From: the human T2T-CHM13v2.0 reference genome, Homo sapiens
Assembly (NCBI RefSeq): GCF_009914755.1
Contig: NC_060930.1
Strand: one strand, 5' to 3'
Length of the DNA: 64,000 nt
Of the stretch, positions 27,400 through 43,769 are shown in pieces. A program made the position numbers and the translations under genes. The stretch's first letter is position 1. Each line of letters begins with the position of its first letter. The notes under the pieces were generated by a model that searched no databases, was not told the DNA's origin, and was given only the letters and a program-made list of their open reading frames with translations.

Positions 27400-27590
27400 A
27401 TCATATTGTGGAAAGATCTCTAGGGTCAGGATTCAGTATTTACTATTACTAAGGTTTACTATTCTAAGCCTGCTTCTTCATCAGTAAGTAAGGATAAGTA
27501 TTATGTATGCATCATAAGGCTGTTGTACATATTAAATAAAATAATGTCACAAAGTCCCTATAACAGCACCTCCTAAGTATAAAGTACTAA
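27400..27590 (+). mobile_element. MIR fragment
   Basis: gtggaaaga..ttcttcatcagtaa..ggataa..tcataaggctgttgt..attaaataaaataatg. Confidence 0.5.
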
Positions 27591-30077
27591 GTTAAAAAGT
27601 TATGGGGCAGCAAGTTTATATCTAATCTTGAAAGAGTTCGCATGATCTGACAAAGGTCTTATTGATCCTTTCTGGCTCTATCTGTACTCACTCTGTTGTC
27701 ACTCATCTTCACAGCACTAAAAACATCTTCCAGACCCCTTCCTGCAACATTTGAATGTGCTCATCACACATTGTGAACTTTTTTGTTAAAGTGGAAGAAA
27801 CAACAATATGAACAAGTCAGTATCCACCCTTGGGTCATTACGCCCCCCAAACTGTATGAATAGTGTATTACCCTCATTATAATGCTGTAAAGCATAGTTT
27901 TGTTATTTAAAGTGATTTAAAGTTTGATATGGCTTAGAGAATTTTTGAGAATTACATGATACTCCTTGAGATAATTGAAAATACTCCAGGTGTCACAAAA
28001 TAGGAAAGGGAATTACTAACAGGAGCTTAGGCAAAGTGCTAATAAGCAGGGAAGAGAAAGTGGGCTGAGTGCTTAGCAGCAGCTGCCTGATGGAGCGAGC
28101 CTGGCAATGAACCTAAGCCCCTAAAGAAGTTTGTACTGAAGAAAACAGATCGCAAAGGGAACCTGCAGTGACTCTCTTCCCTACATGGGGCTAAACGTGG
28201 GGTGGATTGGGAAAGGAGGACACTGCAGAAAGAGGAAGGGAAGAGAAAGGAATGCAGTGTTCTTTTCCCTCCCCAAAGGCCATTTTGCATGGGATCTGGA
28301 GCTTTCAGAATAATTAAGGAGGTGAGAATAGAGCTAGAAGACTGTAGAGTTGTATATTTTCCAAATCTGATTGTAAGAGCTCTGTGAGTTCTTCATTCAA
28401 ATAAAAAAAAAAAAAAGAGGTTTTGTTGGTGGAGCAGAGATCAAGAAACTTGAAGCAGGAGGATCTTGCATGTCTGCAAGCATTATGAATAAAGTCAAAG
28501 ATGTATAATGGTCTTAAGGGATCAGACAAGGCTTATCAGTCTCCCACATCATTCTTTGATAGACTAGTTTAGTTTATGGATGGGATTATACTGTAACCAG
28601 TTTTGTTGATGGGCTGAGCTCAGCAGTGCACACTTTATTTTTCTCTTTCATTGCTTTGAAATAGGTTCCATAAGATCTGTCAGCACTTGGCTAATGTCAT
28701 AATTTTAGATTACTTTTAGGTGTAAAAAACATATTCATTATCAGTAAAATCTTAGGCTACTTTAAATACATTCTATGATTATTCCCTTTTTAGAGCCCAG
28801 GTTTGATCCAGAGAATGGAGAACAGCAGAAAAAATATGGATGGGTTGTAATTTTGACTTTCATCTTTCTCTTCTTTCTCTCCCATGTACTATGCTATTCC
28901 TCTGGCTTCTCCAAGTTTGAGAGAGGAGAGGCAGAAAAGAAGAGAAAGAAGAAGGAAAAGAGTAATGTCTTTTTATTTAGCCAATGTGGCTTGTGATTCT
29001 TTCTTGGGGACTGGCATGTCATGGTAGGTACACAAATACCTGGTCTTCCATAGAGCATCTCTCTAGAGATCCCCTTCTGAGAACCTGCATACTGCACTCT
29101 TCCCCAATATGGCGTTATTCTCTCTGGCTGATTTCCTGATCTCTTGCTTCCTGTAACACATCTTTGCCTTTTCTCCTGGAGTCCCCTCTCCCCCACAAAA
29201 TGCTTTCTAGGTGGAGTCATTCCAAATGACTTGAGTCAAGCTAAGTGCTGTGGCATCCACTTGACTCCCCAGGTGAAAAGCAGCTGAAAGTTTTGAAATG
29301 CACATGTAGTCTTAATATTCCTGGGTGCATATCTCAAGTTCTCTCAATATCCCTTGTGCTCTATTCTGAATAGTTGAGGAGAATATCAAAATTCCTACAG
29401 CTCAGTAGCCATTTAGCTAGGGCAGTGGCAATAGGGGATGTCTCCCTGGGTGCAGATCATAAGGAGAAGCATTTGGTGTAAAAATTTTAAAACAGTAATA
29501 AAACTCACCAAAAGTCAGTTTTTAAAATTATTACTAGGCACTTGACAACTCTAAACAGTATCAGTGATAACATATTCCTTGTGAAAAAATATTTTGTTAG
29601 TCTAAGTTCTTTTTGAGTATTAATAATACATAATAGGCTTCAAATTAGCATATTGTTATTACTTATCCTTCAGCAAAGGACTCCATAAGGACATTAATTT
29701 GGAGAATCCTTACTTATACAGTTGCCCCCTGATAGACAAAGTCTTGGCTTCAGGGATTCGTATTTGAGAGTAACTTCCTAATAGTATGTAATGGTTGACG
29801 CTCACTTCAAGTGTGGTTTGTGTCTCCACCCCCTGTGGTACTACATATTCCTGCATTTAAATGGTAGATTACAAATAAACAGTGACCGCACAGTGATCAT
29901 AGCGGCAAAGGAACAGAACACAAGTTACTTCATTCCTGTCATTCATTGTGACCTCTTGGAGTTTGTATTTGTGTTTAAAATTTAAAACAGTGAAATAGGT
30001 GCAAACTGCAAGGGGCAATATTTTTGTTTGGTAAATATAAATATTGGTTTACTCATAAAACACTTTATTAACTTTAA

Positions 30078-30431
<354 letters not shown>

Positions 30432-30598
30432 TTAAAAAATGGCTTGTGCTCTTACTTTTTATTTAATTGTGCTAAATCGTAATGTTATTCATTACTGTGA
30501 CAAATCAATATATAGATAGAATTTTACGATGTATATATTAATGTAATTAAAATGTTCATTTGTTGTATATTTCTTTTTTGTACTATAATATTAATTTT

Positions 30599-30904
<306 letters not shown>

Positions 30905-32426
30905 TTATCGTTACTTTACTTTTTACTGACATGTTTATGTTTATGAAGCTCAATGAAGATTTTTCACAGTCTGCATTTATTTTCTGGCTAATATTATTAT
31001 TTCATTTTAGGGCTATTACTGATGAGATGTTTAAAAACTACCCATAATCAACTCTAGAGGTTACCATTGAACTGGGGCTAAGATACCAATCTCCCCACTT
31101 AGTAAACACCTTTCCCGGTCTCTCTAAAAAGTTCTCTTCAGGCTTTTCCCTTGGCTCACCATTATTCCAAATTGTTTAGAATTTGAGATTTAAGAGAAAG
31201 TTCACAGTAACTAGAACTTTTACATCATATTTATTTGTATTAAATTCCTTTCTAAAATTCCTCTACTCCTTCAGTAATATATTTGTATGTGCTTCTGCAG
31301 GCTGGAGTATTAATCTAATGGAGATCAAAGGAATATGGTGGCAAGAAGGGGGTTCTTTCTGACCCTTTCCTTTCTGAGCTTGTGTTCATAGAGGGGAAGT
31401 TGGGGTAGTGGATTAGCAAGGGCACTATGGCTTTACATAAGTGTTCATAGGTCATGCTAGAGAGCACCTGCAGAGGAGTCAGCACAGCAGGAAGACCTAC
31501 CTGGTACAAAGATGTACCAGAAAGTTTCTAGGCTGAAGACTGAGACCAAACTTCTGATTTCCTTGTCAGTTAGGAAAGCCTGCACATTTGAAAAGGGAGC
31601 AAGCAATCCCAAGGGAGCTCCTGGGTTACAATTCTATTCTACAAGTGTTTGCAATTTATGGTGTGCCAGAAAAGAACAGGACTGGGTTCAATGTAATAGA
31701 TACTCCCTGGTGTACTATATACCCCACAAAGCAGGCCATTAATTCTCATTGATTTGTGTCCGCAAGAGTCAGCACAGAGGTGACATTCAATTCTGACATA
31801 TTTCTTACTACAGCCCCCAAAGCCCTCTGCCCATTTCCAATTAGCCCCTCACTGAATGCATGATGCATGATGTATTTCAACATCTTCACACTTTGTTGTT
31901 AAATGATTTTCATTCTCTAAGTCTGAACTCGAATGCCACTTCCTTGCTTAAATACACCATAAAACCCTAAATTAACTATGTTTTCATCTGTGTACTCATG
32001 ATATTCTGATTTCACTTCTTTTATCATTTTTTATTTAATTTTCAATTGTACTTGATTTGTTTTCACAGCTGTTACCCTTGACAGAATTTAAATGCTTTGA
32101 AGTTAGAGTTCATATTCTGTGTACTTTCAAACCTGTATCTACCTTTCTCTTCAGGGTTTAATGAAACACATGAAACTAACACATTTAGTTAAATGCTAAA
32201 ATAATGACCATGTTGATCAGAGTGGTTGCTGCGTAGTAATCAAAAACCAGTTTCTAAAAAATCTAACCAGTTTCCAGTTTTTATTGAATACCTGTTATAC
32301 TCTATATCATATTAGTAACACAGTAAATATTTCAACTAATGAAGAAAATGTGAAAAGGTTTGCCCAAATACTTTGAGGATTCAAAATATAATTGTCAGAT
32401 GAATTGGAACAATTAGGGAAAGACAG

Positions 32427-32777
32427 TGTCTTAGTTCATTTTGGGCTGCTGTAACAGGATACCTGAGACTAGGTAACTTACAAAGAACAGAAATTATTTT
32501 TCTCATAGTTCTAGAGGCTCAGTAGTCCAAAATCAAGGTGCAGGCATCTGGTGAGGACCTTCTTGTTGTATTATATCATGGCAAATGTATCACATGGGAG
32601 AAAGGGAACACCTACTTCCAAGAATATGAACCCACGGCAGCAGTATTGGCATGAATCCATTCAGGCGTATGGTCCCCCCTTGACTCAAGCACATTCCACT
32701 TGACCCCACCTCCCAACAACATTGCATTGGGGATCAAGTTTCCAACAAATACATTGTTGGGGACACACATCATAGCA
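32427..32777 (-). mobile_element. MaLR solo LTR (MSTB/C-like)
   Basis: tgtcttagttcattttgggctgctgtaaca..cccacctcccaaca..ggggatcaagtttccaac..catagca; TSD gacag/gagag. Confidence 0.85.
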
Positions 32778-33999
32778 GAGAGGTACCTTTCTTTGCTATA
32801 AGATTTCTGTTATCAGTCTCACTGGGATTGATTTAATGAGTCTAGGCACAAGCCAAGGTCAAGACTCCTGAAATCAGATTGTCATACAAAGGATGCAACT
32901 AGGAGTTAGAATAAAGTTACCTGCCCAAGTTTAGAGACATCAAGAGAGGGAGACCTGAGAGTGAAGAAACAAACAAAAACCATAAACTAGCATAAGCCTG
33001 ACATCAGAGTGAGGTGGTAGGTGGAGGTAATTTGGTTCAGCCCTTACTGAAACGAAATGGGCCAGAGAGTCAGATCATCATCAGGAAAGAAACTTTTAGG
33101 GGCTTTAAAGTTAGTAGAATCTATAAATGTCTTTTTTTTACTTTTTGCTCCCTTTTATTTCTCTTTTGCAGGCTGTATTCCATGTGCCTGGACTAGCTTC
33201 CATTAAGGATCCTGATTAATTTATGATTTTAATACAAAATAAGCATGTAAATAGATAAATAAATCCTCAACTAATTACATGGAAGCCACTTACAAGTTGG
33301 TGTATAGTTTTGACACAGAAAAAAAATCTGCTTCAGTGTCTTATTCCTCATCTAAATGTTCTCCTTATATTCAAAGTCTCAAATAATACAGATGTGACCC
33401 CACTTTCTTAAGAGGAATCAGCATGCAAGGATTCATATTGTTATGATAGAATACCCTTATTTCATTTATCAAAGATGTGTTTAAAATATTGATATTGCAA
33501 ATAACATATTTTTTGATTCCACTAAAGGTAGGTTTTTGTCCAGTTTTTTTGTTTGTTTGTTTTTATACAATTGTGGTTTACAGAGCTTGACCTGGGGAAA
33601 GGGACAAAAAATTTAACCTAACAGGTCGGAAATACAAGCAATTAAACATTCTTCAAATGCCAACTGAAATTTTACTTCCTGAGTGAAGCCTTCCCAAGTT
33701 TCCTAGTCAGAATCCCTCGTGAAAAATCAGGAAGGAAACTGAATCACTAAAATCATTTTAGAAGAATATTCCCTAATATAACAGAAAATCAATTATATAG
33801 AACTTCAGAAACTAAAATGTTGCATAAAATTGTACGTATGACATAGAAAACCTACAAATGCCGGTACTTTTGATCCCCCAATTTAAGTCTTACGTTTATA
33901 TCCACCATTGCAGAAACAAGCAAGACTAAAGAATGCTCTTCATTGTATTAGATAGTTTTCTATAGGTGTGCTATTCACCTCTTATTAGAAAAAACAATT

Positions 34000-34225
34000 A
34001 ATTATGGTTTAGTGAGAAAGCATTGGCTTGAAAAAAGATCTGGTTTTGAAAATGGACTTCTCCATTTTTGGGGTGGGCGCATTTGAGGAAGTCTCTCTAC
34101 CATTCTGAGATTTAGTTTACTTGTCTATAAAAAAACATAATGAACCTACTTCACACAACTGTTGTGCAAATTTATTGTGATCATGTCTGCAAATCATATT
34201 TTATACAATAGATAATCATATTTGT
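34000..34225 (+). mobile_element. MIR
   Basis: gaaagcattggctt..gatctggttttgaa..agtttacttgtctataaaa..ataatgaacctacttcacacaactgttgtg. Confidence 0.6.
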
Positions 34226-34859
34226 AATTTATGATTTCAATAAGTTGCATATGTCATTACCACTATGTAGAAGGTCAGTACACCTTGCTTATTTGGTTTT
34301 CACTTTTAACAACATACTGACACATTGTCTGCTCTTTTGTTTATCTGTTACTTTCAAAAGAAAAAGATGGGAGACACTAAAGGATGATATGGGATAATGT
34401 AAACTGGAGAGAGGTGTGTGTTGTAGTATAGCTTCGTGGAATTTTTCATAACTGGAAAGAGCCATACGTGTAGATACTGAAGGCACCTTGGAAAATCAAG
34501 GGGAGGTTCCACAGCTCCAGGAATAAGTATGGCCAGTGGATATATTATTTGTTCACTGGGTGGTGGGGACTGGTTGAAGAGCAGCCAGCACATAGGTATA
34601 TTGTTGATATTGGTGTTGCTTTAATTTGAATTAAGTTTCCTAGATTGAGCACTTCTCCTAATTTTCATATATGCCCCTTATAGTACATACACAATGTAGA
34701 AGTTGCTGTACCTTAACCCTTACAGCACGTGAATTTAGTCTCCTCCATCCCTTGGTTTACAGCTAGGTATCTAAGAAAGGTAACTGACTGATCCAGGGCA
34801 ACAGAGTTCTTCATGGACAGAACCACCCAATTGAGTGGGAGGGTGCTAGCTCCATCTTC

Positions 34860-34962
34860 CTCACTTCAATCTCTCAGAATTTTGTTTCCTTTTTTGTAAA
34901 ATGTGGGATTTGGCTAGCACCAGATGGTCTCTGAGATCTTCCCTAATTCTAAGCCTCTGAAT
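34860..34962 (+). mobile_element. MIR3-like fragment
   Basis: tcacttcaatctctc..gtttcct..tgtaaaatg..agatggtctctgagatcttcc..ttctaa. Confidence 0.5.
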
Positions 34963-37900
34963 TCAAGTCTTAGGAAGCTGAATCAAATGCTTTTTTCTCT
35001 ACAATAACAATTTCTCCATTCTCTCCTTTGAGGGAATAGGACTTATATACTTAGGAGCCAATATAATTCTGACTCCAAAAAAGTTCCTATGTATGTATTT
35101 CATAGATTCAATTTTGCATATCAGAAATAATATACTGCCAACCTATGAACTGCTAAAATTGTTGATATGTAAAAGGAGAGGAAAAGGCCAAATAATTTGA
35201 TTTTTTTCTGATGCAACAAAGAATAAAAGTAATTTTGCCTTTACTATTATGGTTATTGCTGACAATTTGTTATATCAGAAAAAAAATGGGTCAGGTTTAA
35301 ATACTCTGCTGCTTATAAAAATATCCAAAACTATAAAACAGTCTTTGTATGTCTTTTCTTTGAAAGGGTGGATATTTTAAATGACCTGGCTGGCTTTGTG
35401 GATCAAGTCTTTGTTTCCATGACACTGCAACTAGCAGAGGGCAAAAAGCTGGTTGATTCACTGGCTTTTTCTAAGAGGCAGAGCTGACTGCAGCAAGTTT
35501 CCTAATACCTACAGGTACTAAGAGCTTGTTGTATTAACTTGAGAAAGGATAATAGGAATTATAGTTTCTTTTAGTTAATTTTTACCCAATTCTTAACTTC
35601 AGTTCAAGAGACGATTAGAGAAATTCCCCGAGACAAGGTTATACATTACACATTACACTCTATACTGATTTCTGGTCTTCATTTTATGATTCTTGTCATC
35701 AAATCCCATATCACACATAATAAAGATTTTGTCTCAGTGCCACTCAGTAGGATGATCAAATCACTTATTTTTATTGCATTTTCATCCATGTACAATGACA
35801 AGATCTATTTTGTTTTTATCTCATGCTGAAAAATAGAATTTCTGGAGTCTGTCATGTGTTCTTTTGTTTTGGGGCAATTGCCATAATCTATTTGCAAGAT
35901 TATAAATCTATTTAAATAGCATAAAGCTATCAACCTGACACTTAACTAAAAATGTACTTAATTTTGTTGTTTTTTAAATTCATCTCTCTCATTTTGATTT
36001 CCACCCCTAAGAAGGTCATAGGGCCACTTAGTTAAGGGGTGGAAGGGGATGAGGAATGACTTATTGCTGCCTATAAATTGAATGAGTGAGGCAGAGAGTG
36101 ACGAGAGAAGATCTGAAGTTACATAGACCTTGAAGAGGCCACTTGGGGCTGCTTTTGCTGCCAAACCATCAGTATTTATGACATCTTCTTTCAGGTTGTA
36201 AAACGCTGGCCCTGGGTATTATATGGCAGTTATATTACAAGGATCACCTATCCTGCTTCTGAATTTTTGCTCAAAATATTCCCTATGTCTAGACTTGTCC
36301 CTCCCTGCTCCCTATTAAGTGTGACTCTTGTACCTAAATTTAAATCTAAACTCTAAACTTGATTCTTCAACAAATCTTGTCTGAGTTGATACAAAAAGGC
36401 ATACCATCCTACCCCTCTAAGCATTCTTTTTAACTTTCTAAGATAATTATTTCTATGAAGTGTAAATTTTAAAAGTATTCTAAATACCTACTATAAGACA
36501 AGCACCATAATAGTTAATTTTGTACACCTTTGTGTGCATTGTCAGAATTTGCAAATATAAAATCTCAGATGTGATGAGAACTGGGTAGGACCTTCTGACC
36601 CAAGACAACCTCCCTCCCGTAAATCAGGGCAGGAAATCCAATATGCCTTGGCCTTCTCTCTGGTTCTAAATTAAACAGTCAAGCCATGAGTGAAGTGACA
36701 ACAAAATTTGTCATTAACACTTAGATGTGATAGGTTTACCCCTCAATATTAAGGGTCTAGAGAACTCTTATAAGGAAGAGAATGTGCTATAACTGTAGGG
36801 CAGTGGTGACCATCTGAATCAAGCCCACAGCTTCCACATGCATCTTGAGCCATGCAAATCAGCTTTCCAGTGACCTTCTAGGAATTACTAGGAGCTGTCT
36901 CTGTTAGTCTTCTCTCTAAGGCCTTCTCTTCAGACAGCCAACTTTAAAAAAGAGAGACGTATATTGCACGTTCAAAAGTATTCTTTTTCATAGAAAATCA
37001 AAGAGCTCAAAATAGTTCATTCCCATCTCTAAAGGAATACTGTTACAACATGAGTTTTCCTGAAGCAGAAGCTCCTGACTGTGCCCTTGCTCTCATGACC
37101 TGTTTTGCTGTTACTTCTTGTAATGATAAAAAGGTCTTTCTGGTATTCCTCTATCTCCATTAAAGTTGCTTATAAAGCAAAATCGTTTGTAGCAAACCCA
37201 ATCTCTCCATTTACACACATTTAGAAGTAGGACATGGGTTTCAGTGAGGTGCCAATGAATCCCAGTCTCTGGAAGCCCTTGCCCCGACCTTATTGCTCAG
37301 GTTGCTTGTAAGATTCCATTATGTGCAGCAGAAAAACACTATGCACAGCTCTGTTCTTATTTACTTAGGCAAAAATCTCCAGAACTTGTTTGGAATGTCT
37401 TTGTGGAGGGTATAACTTAGTGGGCTCTTTGCCTTATCAATTGTAATACATTAAAAATCTGTATCAAATATCACTGCATACCTATGAAGGAAACTCTCAA
37501 TATCCCTGAAGGCCCTGTAGTAAATGTTTGAAATGAAAAAAGAAGTAATTAAGTACAGTTAAAAGAGGTGGCTTATCTGAGAATAGAAATCTGACCTAGA
37601 TAAATTGGCTCTTTCTTCCTTTCCTTTCTTTCCCCTTCCTCTCTCATACACACGACTCTCACTCAAAGGGCTGATCTCACCTAGTGTGATCTTTTTCCAG
37701 CAGGTGACAATGAAGTGTGATGGCTGGGAGGTCTAACCTATTCAATGAAAACTTTTTAATTCAATTTCTCATTTCTTTGAGCTACCAGCCTTCCTGTGTC
37801 CCTGATTTGTTCTCAGAGGTCCCTAATTCCCTTTTTCCTTTTAGAATCTGGACTGCCCTTGCCACATGTGCCTCTGAACTTGGTGAGGTGTTCAACATGT

Positions 37901-38079
37901 CACAGAGCTCAGCAACGACTCCATTCAAAACAAAACATTAAGATCGTCAAAGCAAATAAAAAATCCCAGCAGAAATTCCCCCTTACAAAGGGTTTGAGTA
38001 ATTCAGTTGTGGATGTAAGTGCTGCTGTAACAAAGAATTCATTATTATTTCTACTGTTACTTCTGAGTACCACATTTCC

Positions 38080-40800
38080 CCCTTTATTTTTTCAAAATAA
38101 CTTCCAAAATATTTTTAAATGATTCAAAAGTTGTTTGCCAAGCTAATACTTGCACACAGCTTAAAAAGTCAGTGTGTTCTAAATGGCAGGCTTTTACTGT
38201 GTCCTTGCCCTATTCCCTAGTTTTGATCCTTATAAACAATCACATTTAACTCTTTTACCTGTTTCTCTGGCATCCACTTTCATATTTGTAGCTAGTATTC
38301 TTATTCTGCTTTTATTTATTAGTGAGGTTTGGCCATTACCTTTTTATTTGAAGACAGACAATTTAACTTGAAATCCAGTCTCTTCCTTGCACTGCTTCTT
38401 TCCCATAAAGGGTAAATGAAATATTCTATGTTTAAATTACTATGATTATGTGAATGTTGTTCTTACTCTGCCAAATACTGCACAATAATTTCTTTTCTTG
38501 TACAAATTTTTGATAATCCTGAAGTTAATAATTAGCTTGTTTTGTCATTTGATGAGTTTTATTTGTAAAGATTACTAATTCTTTCCACAACTTTCTTACA
38601 ACTTCTTAGTGCAATTTGCCATATAGTCTTATGTTTCATTTTTAAATTTTTTCTAGAGACTTTCCTCCCAGAGCTCTGATTCCTCCAGTTCAGTCCAGAT
38701 TGGCGGCTCTCAAGGCCTGCTTGCAGACGCCATCTTGGAACTTCCCTGCACCAGCATCCAGAGACTTCCTTTTGCCTCTTTTCTGTGTGGAGTCTCCTGA
38801 TAGCAGGACCCCCATGCCTTCCCCTTTCTTGGTTAACTTCTTGGTGTTGTAGCTCATACCCTTGTTTTACTTTCTAAGAAAGGATGCCTAGGAGGTAAAA
38901 TTTTGAGATCTTTTAAATCTGCATATTTTTAATTCTACTTCCTCATTATTTAACCAACAGTCTAAAAATCTAGTGTAAAAATTATTTCACTCAGAATTTT
39001 GCAATTTTGCTTCTCAAAGTGATGTTGAAAAACTGATATCATTCTAATTTGTATTCCATTTTTATGTAATCTGTGTTGTTCCACTCTGGAAAATTTTAAA
39101 GATTGTCTCTTTATTCTAGGTATTGTGAAATTCATAATGCTGTGTCTTAGTGTGTCTTTTTCTTTTTTCATGTATTCTGCTTAACTTCAGTAGACCATTT
39201 TAATTAATTGATGTATGGCTTTTGGTTTTAGTAAATGTTTTGTATTATTGCTATTATTTTTAAACATATCTGTTTCTGTTACTTGGGTGTTTTAGTTGGA
39301 CACTGAAACCTTTAGAATTATCCTGATATTTTCTTATATTTTCTCTTCTACTCTTCATCCCTTTGCCCTTTTGTTCTACTTTCTGGGAGTTGTCTCAATT
39401 AGATATCTTGGGTAGATATTACTGGTGCTCATCAACATATATGGCTCTCCTCTCTTTCCTGAACATGTGAAATGATTACAATTCCTTGTGTCCTTATACT
39501 TCAAAGAAGCTATGTGACTTGGTTTAGTGAATGAAATACAGGGACTTAGGGTAAAACCATTTAAGAGCTGCTATGTGATTGTCCATGTTCTCTTTCCCTT
39601 CCATGGTGAACCCAGAAGTATCATATTTAAATAGAAACTTCACAAGTTTGGAGCAGCCTAGTGGAGAAGCTAAGACTCCATAGAGAGAATAACGATGTTG
39701 GAGAACCACCCAGGTTAACAACAGATGGTACAAACAAGAAATAAATTTTCATTGTGTTAAATTCTTGAGTTTTTTTGTTGTTACCACAGCAAAATTTTGT
39801 AGATCCTAAATGATTACATTTCCAAGATACTTTCTTGTGATTTTATTCGTCTTTTTTTGTGGCAACTCTTACTTGATTCATGGATGTAATAGTGTTTCAT
39901 AACCTAAAAGTGATAAGAATAACATGTTACCTTCCTTTGCTTCTGTATAATCTGGGTACATTGTGATTTCCTAGTCTGCATTTCTTGACTTCTGGCTTTC
40001 CTCAACTTTCAGGGGATTCTTAGCTCTCAGTTCCTTTTAGAGTGAGGCACTAAGAAGCTGATTGGAAGCACTATTTGCATGACATGGCTTGTTGGTTGTT
40101 GGACTTCACTGTAGCATAGTCAGCATAGTGAAATGGAAGCCTGAGAAGTGTTCCTCTCTCCTGCCACTATTTTGCACTTCATGATATAAGCCTAGTTGCA
40201 AGTGTTGGGGGAGATAAGTAGATGAAGGGAAGTAGGAGAAGATTTCACCTCCCAGTATGACTATTTTAAATTAACTTTTCTATTTCTTAATCCATACCCA
40301 CTTATGTGCTCTTCTACTGTCCCTGAGTCTCCTTCTCTGGTTCCAATTTTCCAGACAAAAAAATAATAAATCTCCATGCTCATGTAGGGCTGGGGCAGAA
40401 ATTGGACCGTTTAGGGGCAGTGCTGAGGACCTGAAGACCTAATTGTTCCTTGGGCAGGACTATAACCAATCCTTTTTTTCTGGCTTCATTGTCACCCTTG
40501 TCTTTCACAGTAATCACACCTATGGAAATTCTGAGACAAGCTGCAGTTCTATGAGCAGTTCTGCTTTCTTCTTATTGTATCCCTTCTGTCTGCATTTAAG
40601 TTCAAGTTTCTCTGCTCTTCCATGTCACTCATCTCTCCTCTGCCTGCTGTTTATATTCTAACAATGGGTTGAAGTCTCTCATCTGCTGATGCTCTCATTT
40701 TCTGTTCCTTTCAGTTTTATACCTCATTTATTCCTCTACTGACATTTTGGAAGAGATTTATTTTTGAACAAAGATAAAGAGATATATGAAATCTGCCTGG
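38080..40800 (-). mobile_element. HAL1/old L1M fragment interrupted by an MLT1 LTR
   Basis: ttctaagaaaggatgcctaggaggtaaaattttgaga, attctacttcctca, gaaattcataatgctgtgtcttag, T-rich antisense LINE composition. Confidence 0.6.
39409..39818 (+). mobile_element. Old MaLR LTR (MLT1I/J-like)
   Basis: tatgtgacttggtttagtgaatgaaa..catttaagagc..caagaaataaattttcattgtgttaa..ttgttaccacagcaaaa..tgattaca. Confidence 0.7.
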
Positions 40801-40869
40801 TTTATCTAGAATTGTCTCTGAAAAAAAACTCATATTATGAGTTAAGATGGTCAACATTATTAAGACACT

Positions 40870-42455
<1,586 letters not shown>

Positions 42456-43769
42456 TATGGGTCCACCACCAACTGCATGAAACTTTTCCCTACAACTTAG
42501 TTCAATAGTCATATCCACTCTCTATCTCACTCCCTTTCCCCTTCTGCTTCTCCAAACTTTCCATAACTTTCTGGTGTCATCCCCATATTTGTAAAAAATT
42601 GGCAATTCTACTATACTTACCCTGCCAATCCTTAAGACTAAATTAATACAATCTCTGGCTTTTCTGCTCTATACCCAAGCTGTTAAATAATTTGATTAAA
42701 TGCACACAACTGTACGGGTTGTTTCAAAAAAAAAAAAAAGTATGATCACAAACCCTATTGCAGCATGGAAACCTTAAATAACTATTTGCTTTCTCATAAT
42801 TCTCCAGAATTATTTCAAACCTCCAAAATTGTTATTGAAACTGAATGCTAACAACTTGCTCCCATTGGAAAAGTTCTGAACACAGTGAGCAGGAGGAAGT
42901 CCTTCACATTTGTACCTGTAAGAATATGCATCTCAAATCTAAATATTCTTTCCTTCTTCTTGTAAAGGATGGTTTAGCATAATTATCACCTACTTCCCAC
43001 CATGGAGGAAACCACAGGCAATCTATAAAGTACCCGTATAGATAGGCCTAGAAGACATAGTTCCACTTGTCCAAACAACCCAGCTCAAGCCTCGATCCAT
43101 CTTTTTAAAATGCAAATGTAACTATGTCACTGCCCACCTTGACTTGCTTCAAAACTTCCTATTGCCTTCAGATTGAATCCAAATTATTTGGCATCCCTAA
43201 AGTGCTGTATGCAAATGCATAGAATTATGAACAAGCATGGTTCTTTAGGAGAACTGAAGTAGTTTGGAGGTTGATAAAATATGGCTTGGTATAAGACTGA
43301 AGAGGTAGGTAAGGAACAGAACATGAAAGACATTGTATCACAATAGTAAGTTGTTCTGTTAGTGCTCAGAAAGAATGAAAATAACAAAACCACAGCTGAG
43401 ATGTCAAGGTGCAAATGTTGGTCTCTGTTGTGACCAGATAGAGGCCATATGGAAAGACAACTTAATATTTTATGTGATGATCTTTTGGTCTTAGGGTGAG
43501 TTCCTTCCTATTTCATTATCACTTTGAAGAATGTGGCCATTGCTAAACTAGGCTTGTGGGCAGGGTGGATAGGCTGTGTTCACAGCCTCAAGTAACAGTA
43601 TTCATTTTCAATTCATGTAATTATTTTCCTCCTATTGGAGTTCCTGGTCAGGTCTGCCTTGCTTGCCTCTTTCTCCCTGTACCTTGTGTACAACCAATTG
43701 TAAATCTGAAATTTGAGTTAACCTTATATATTGGCAATGAGAAAGTACATGTCTAGTCATTATTAATGT

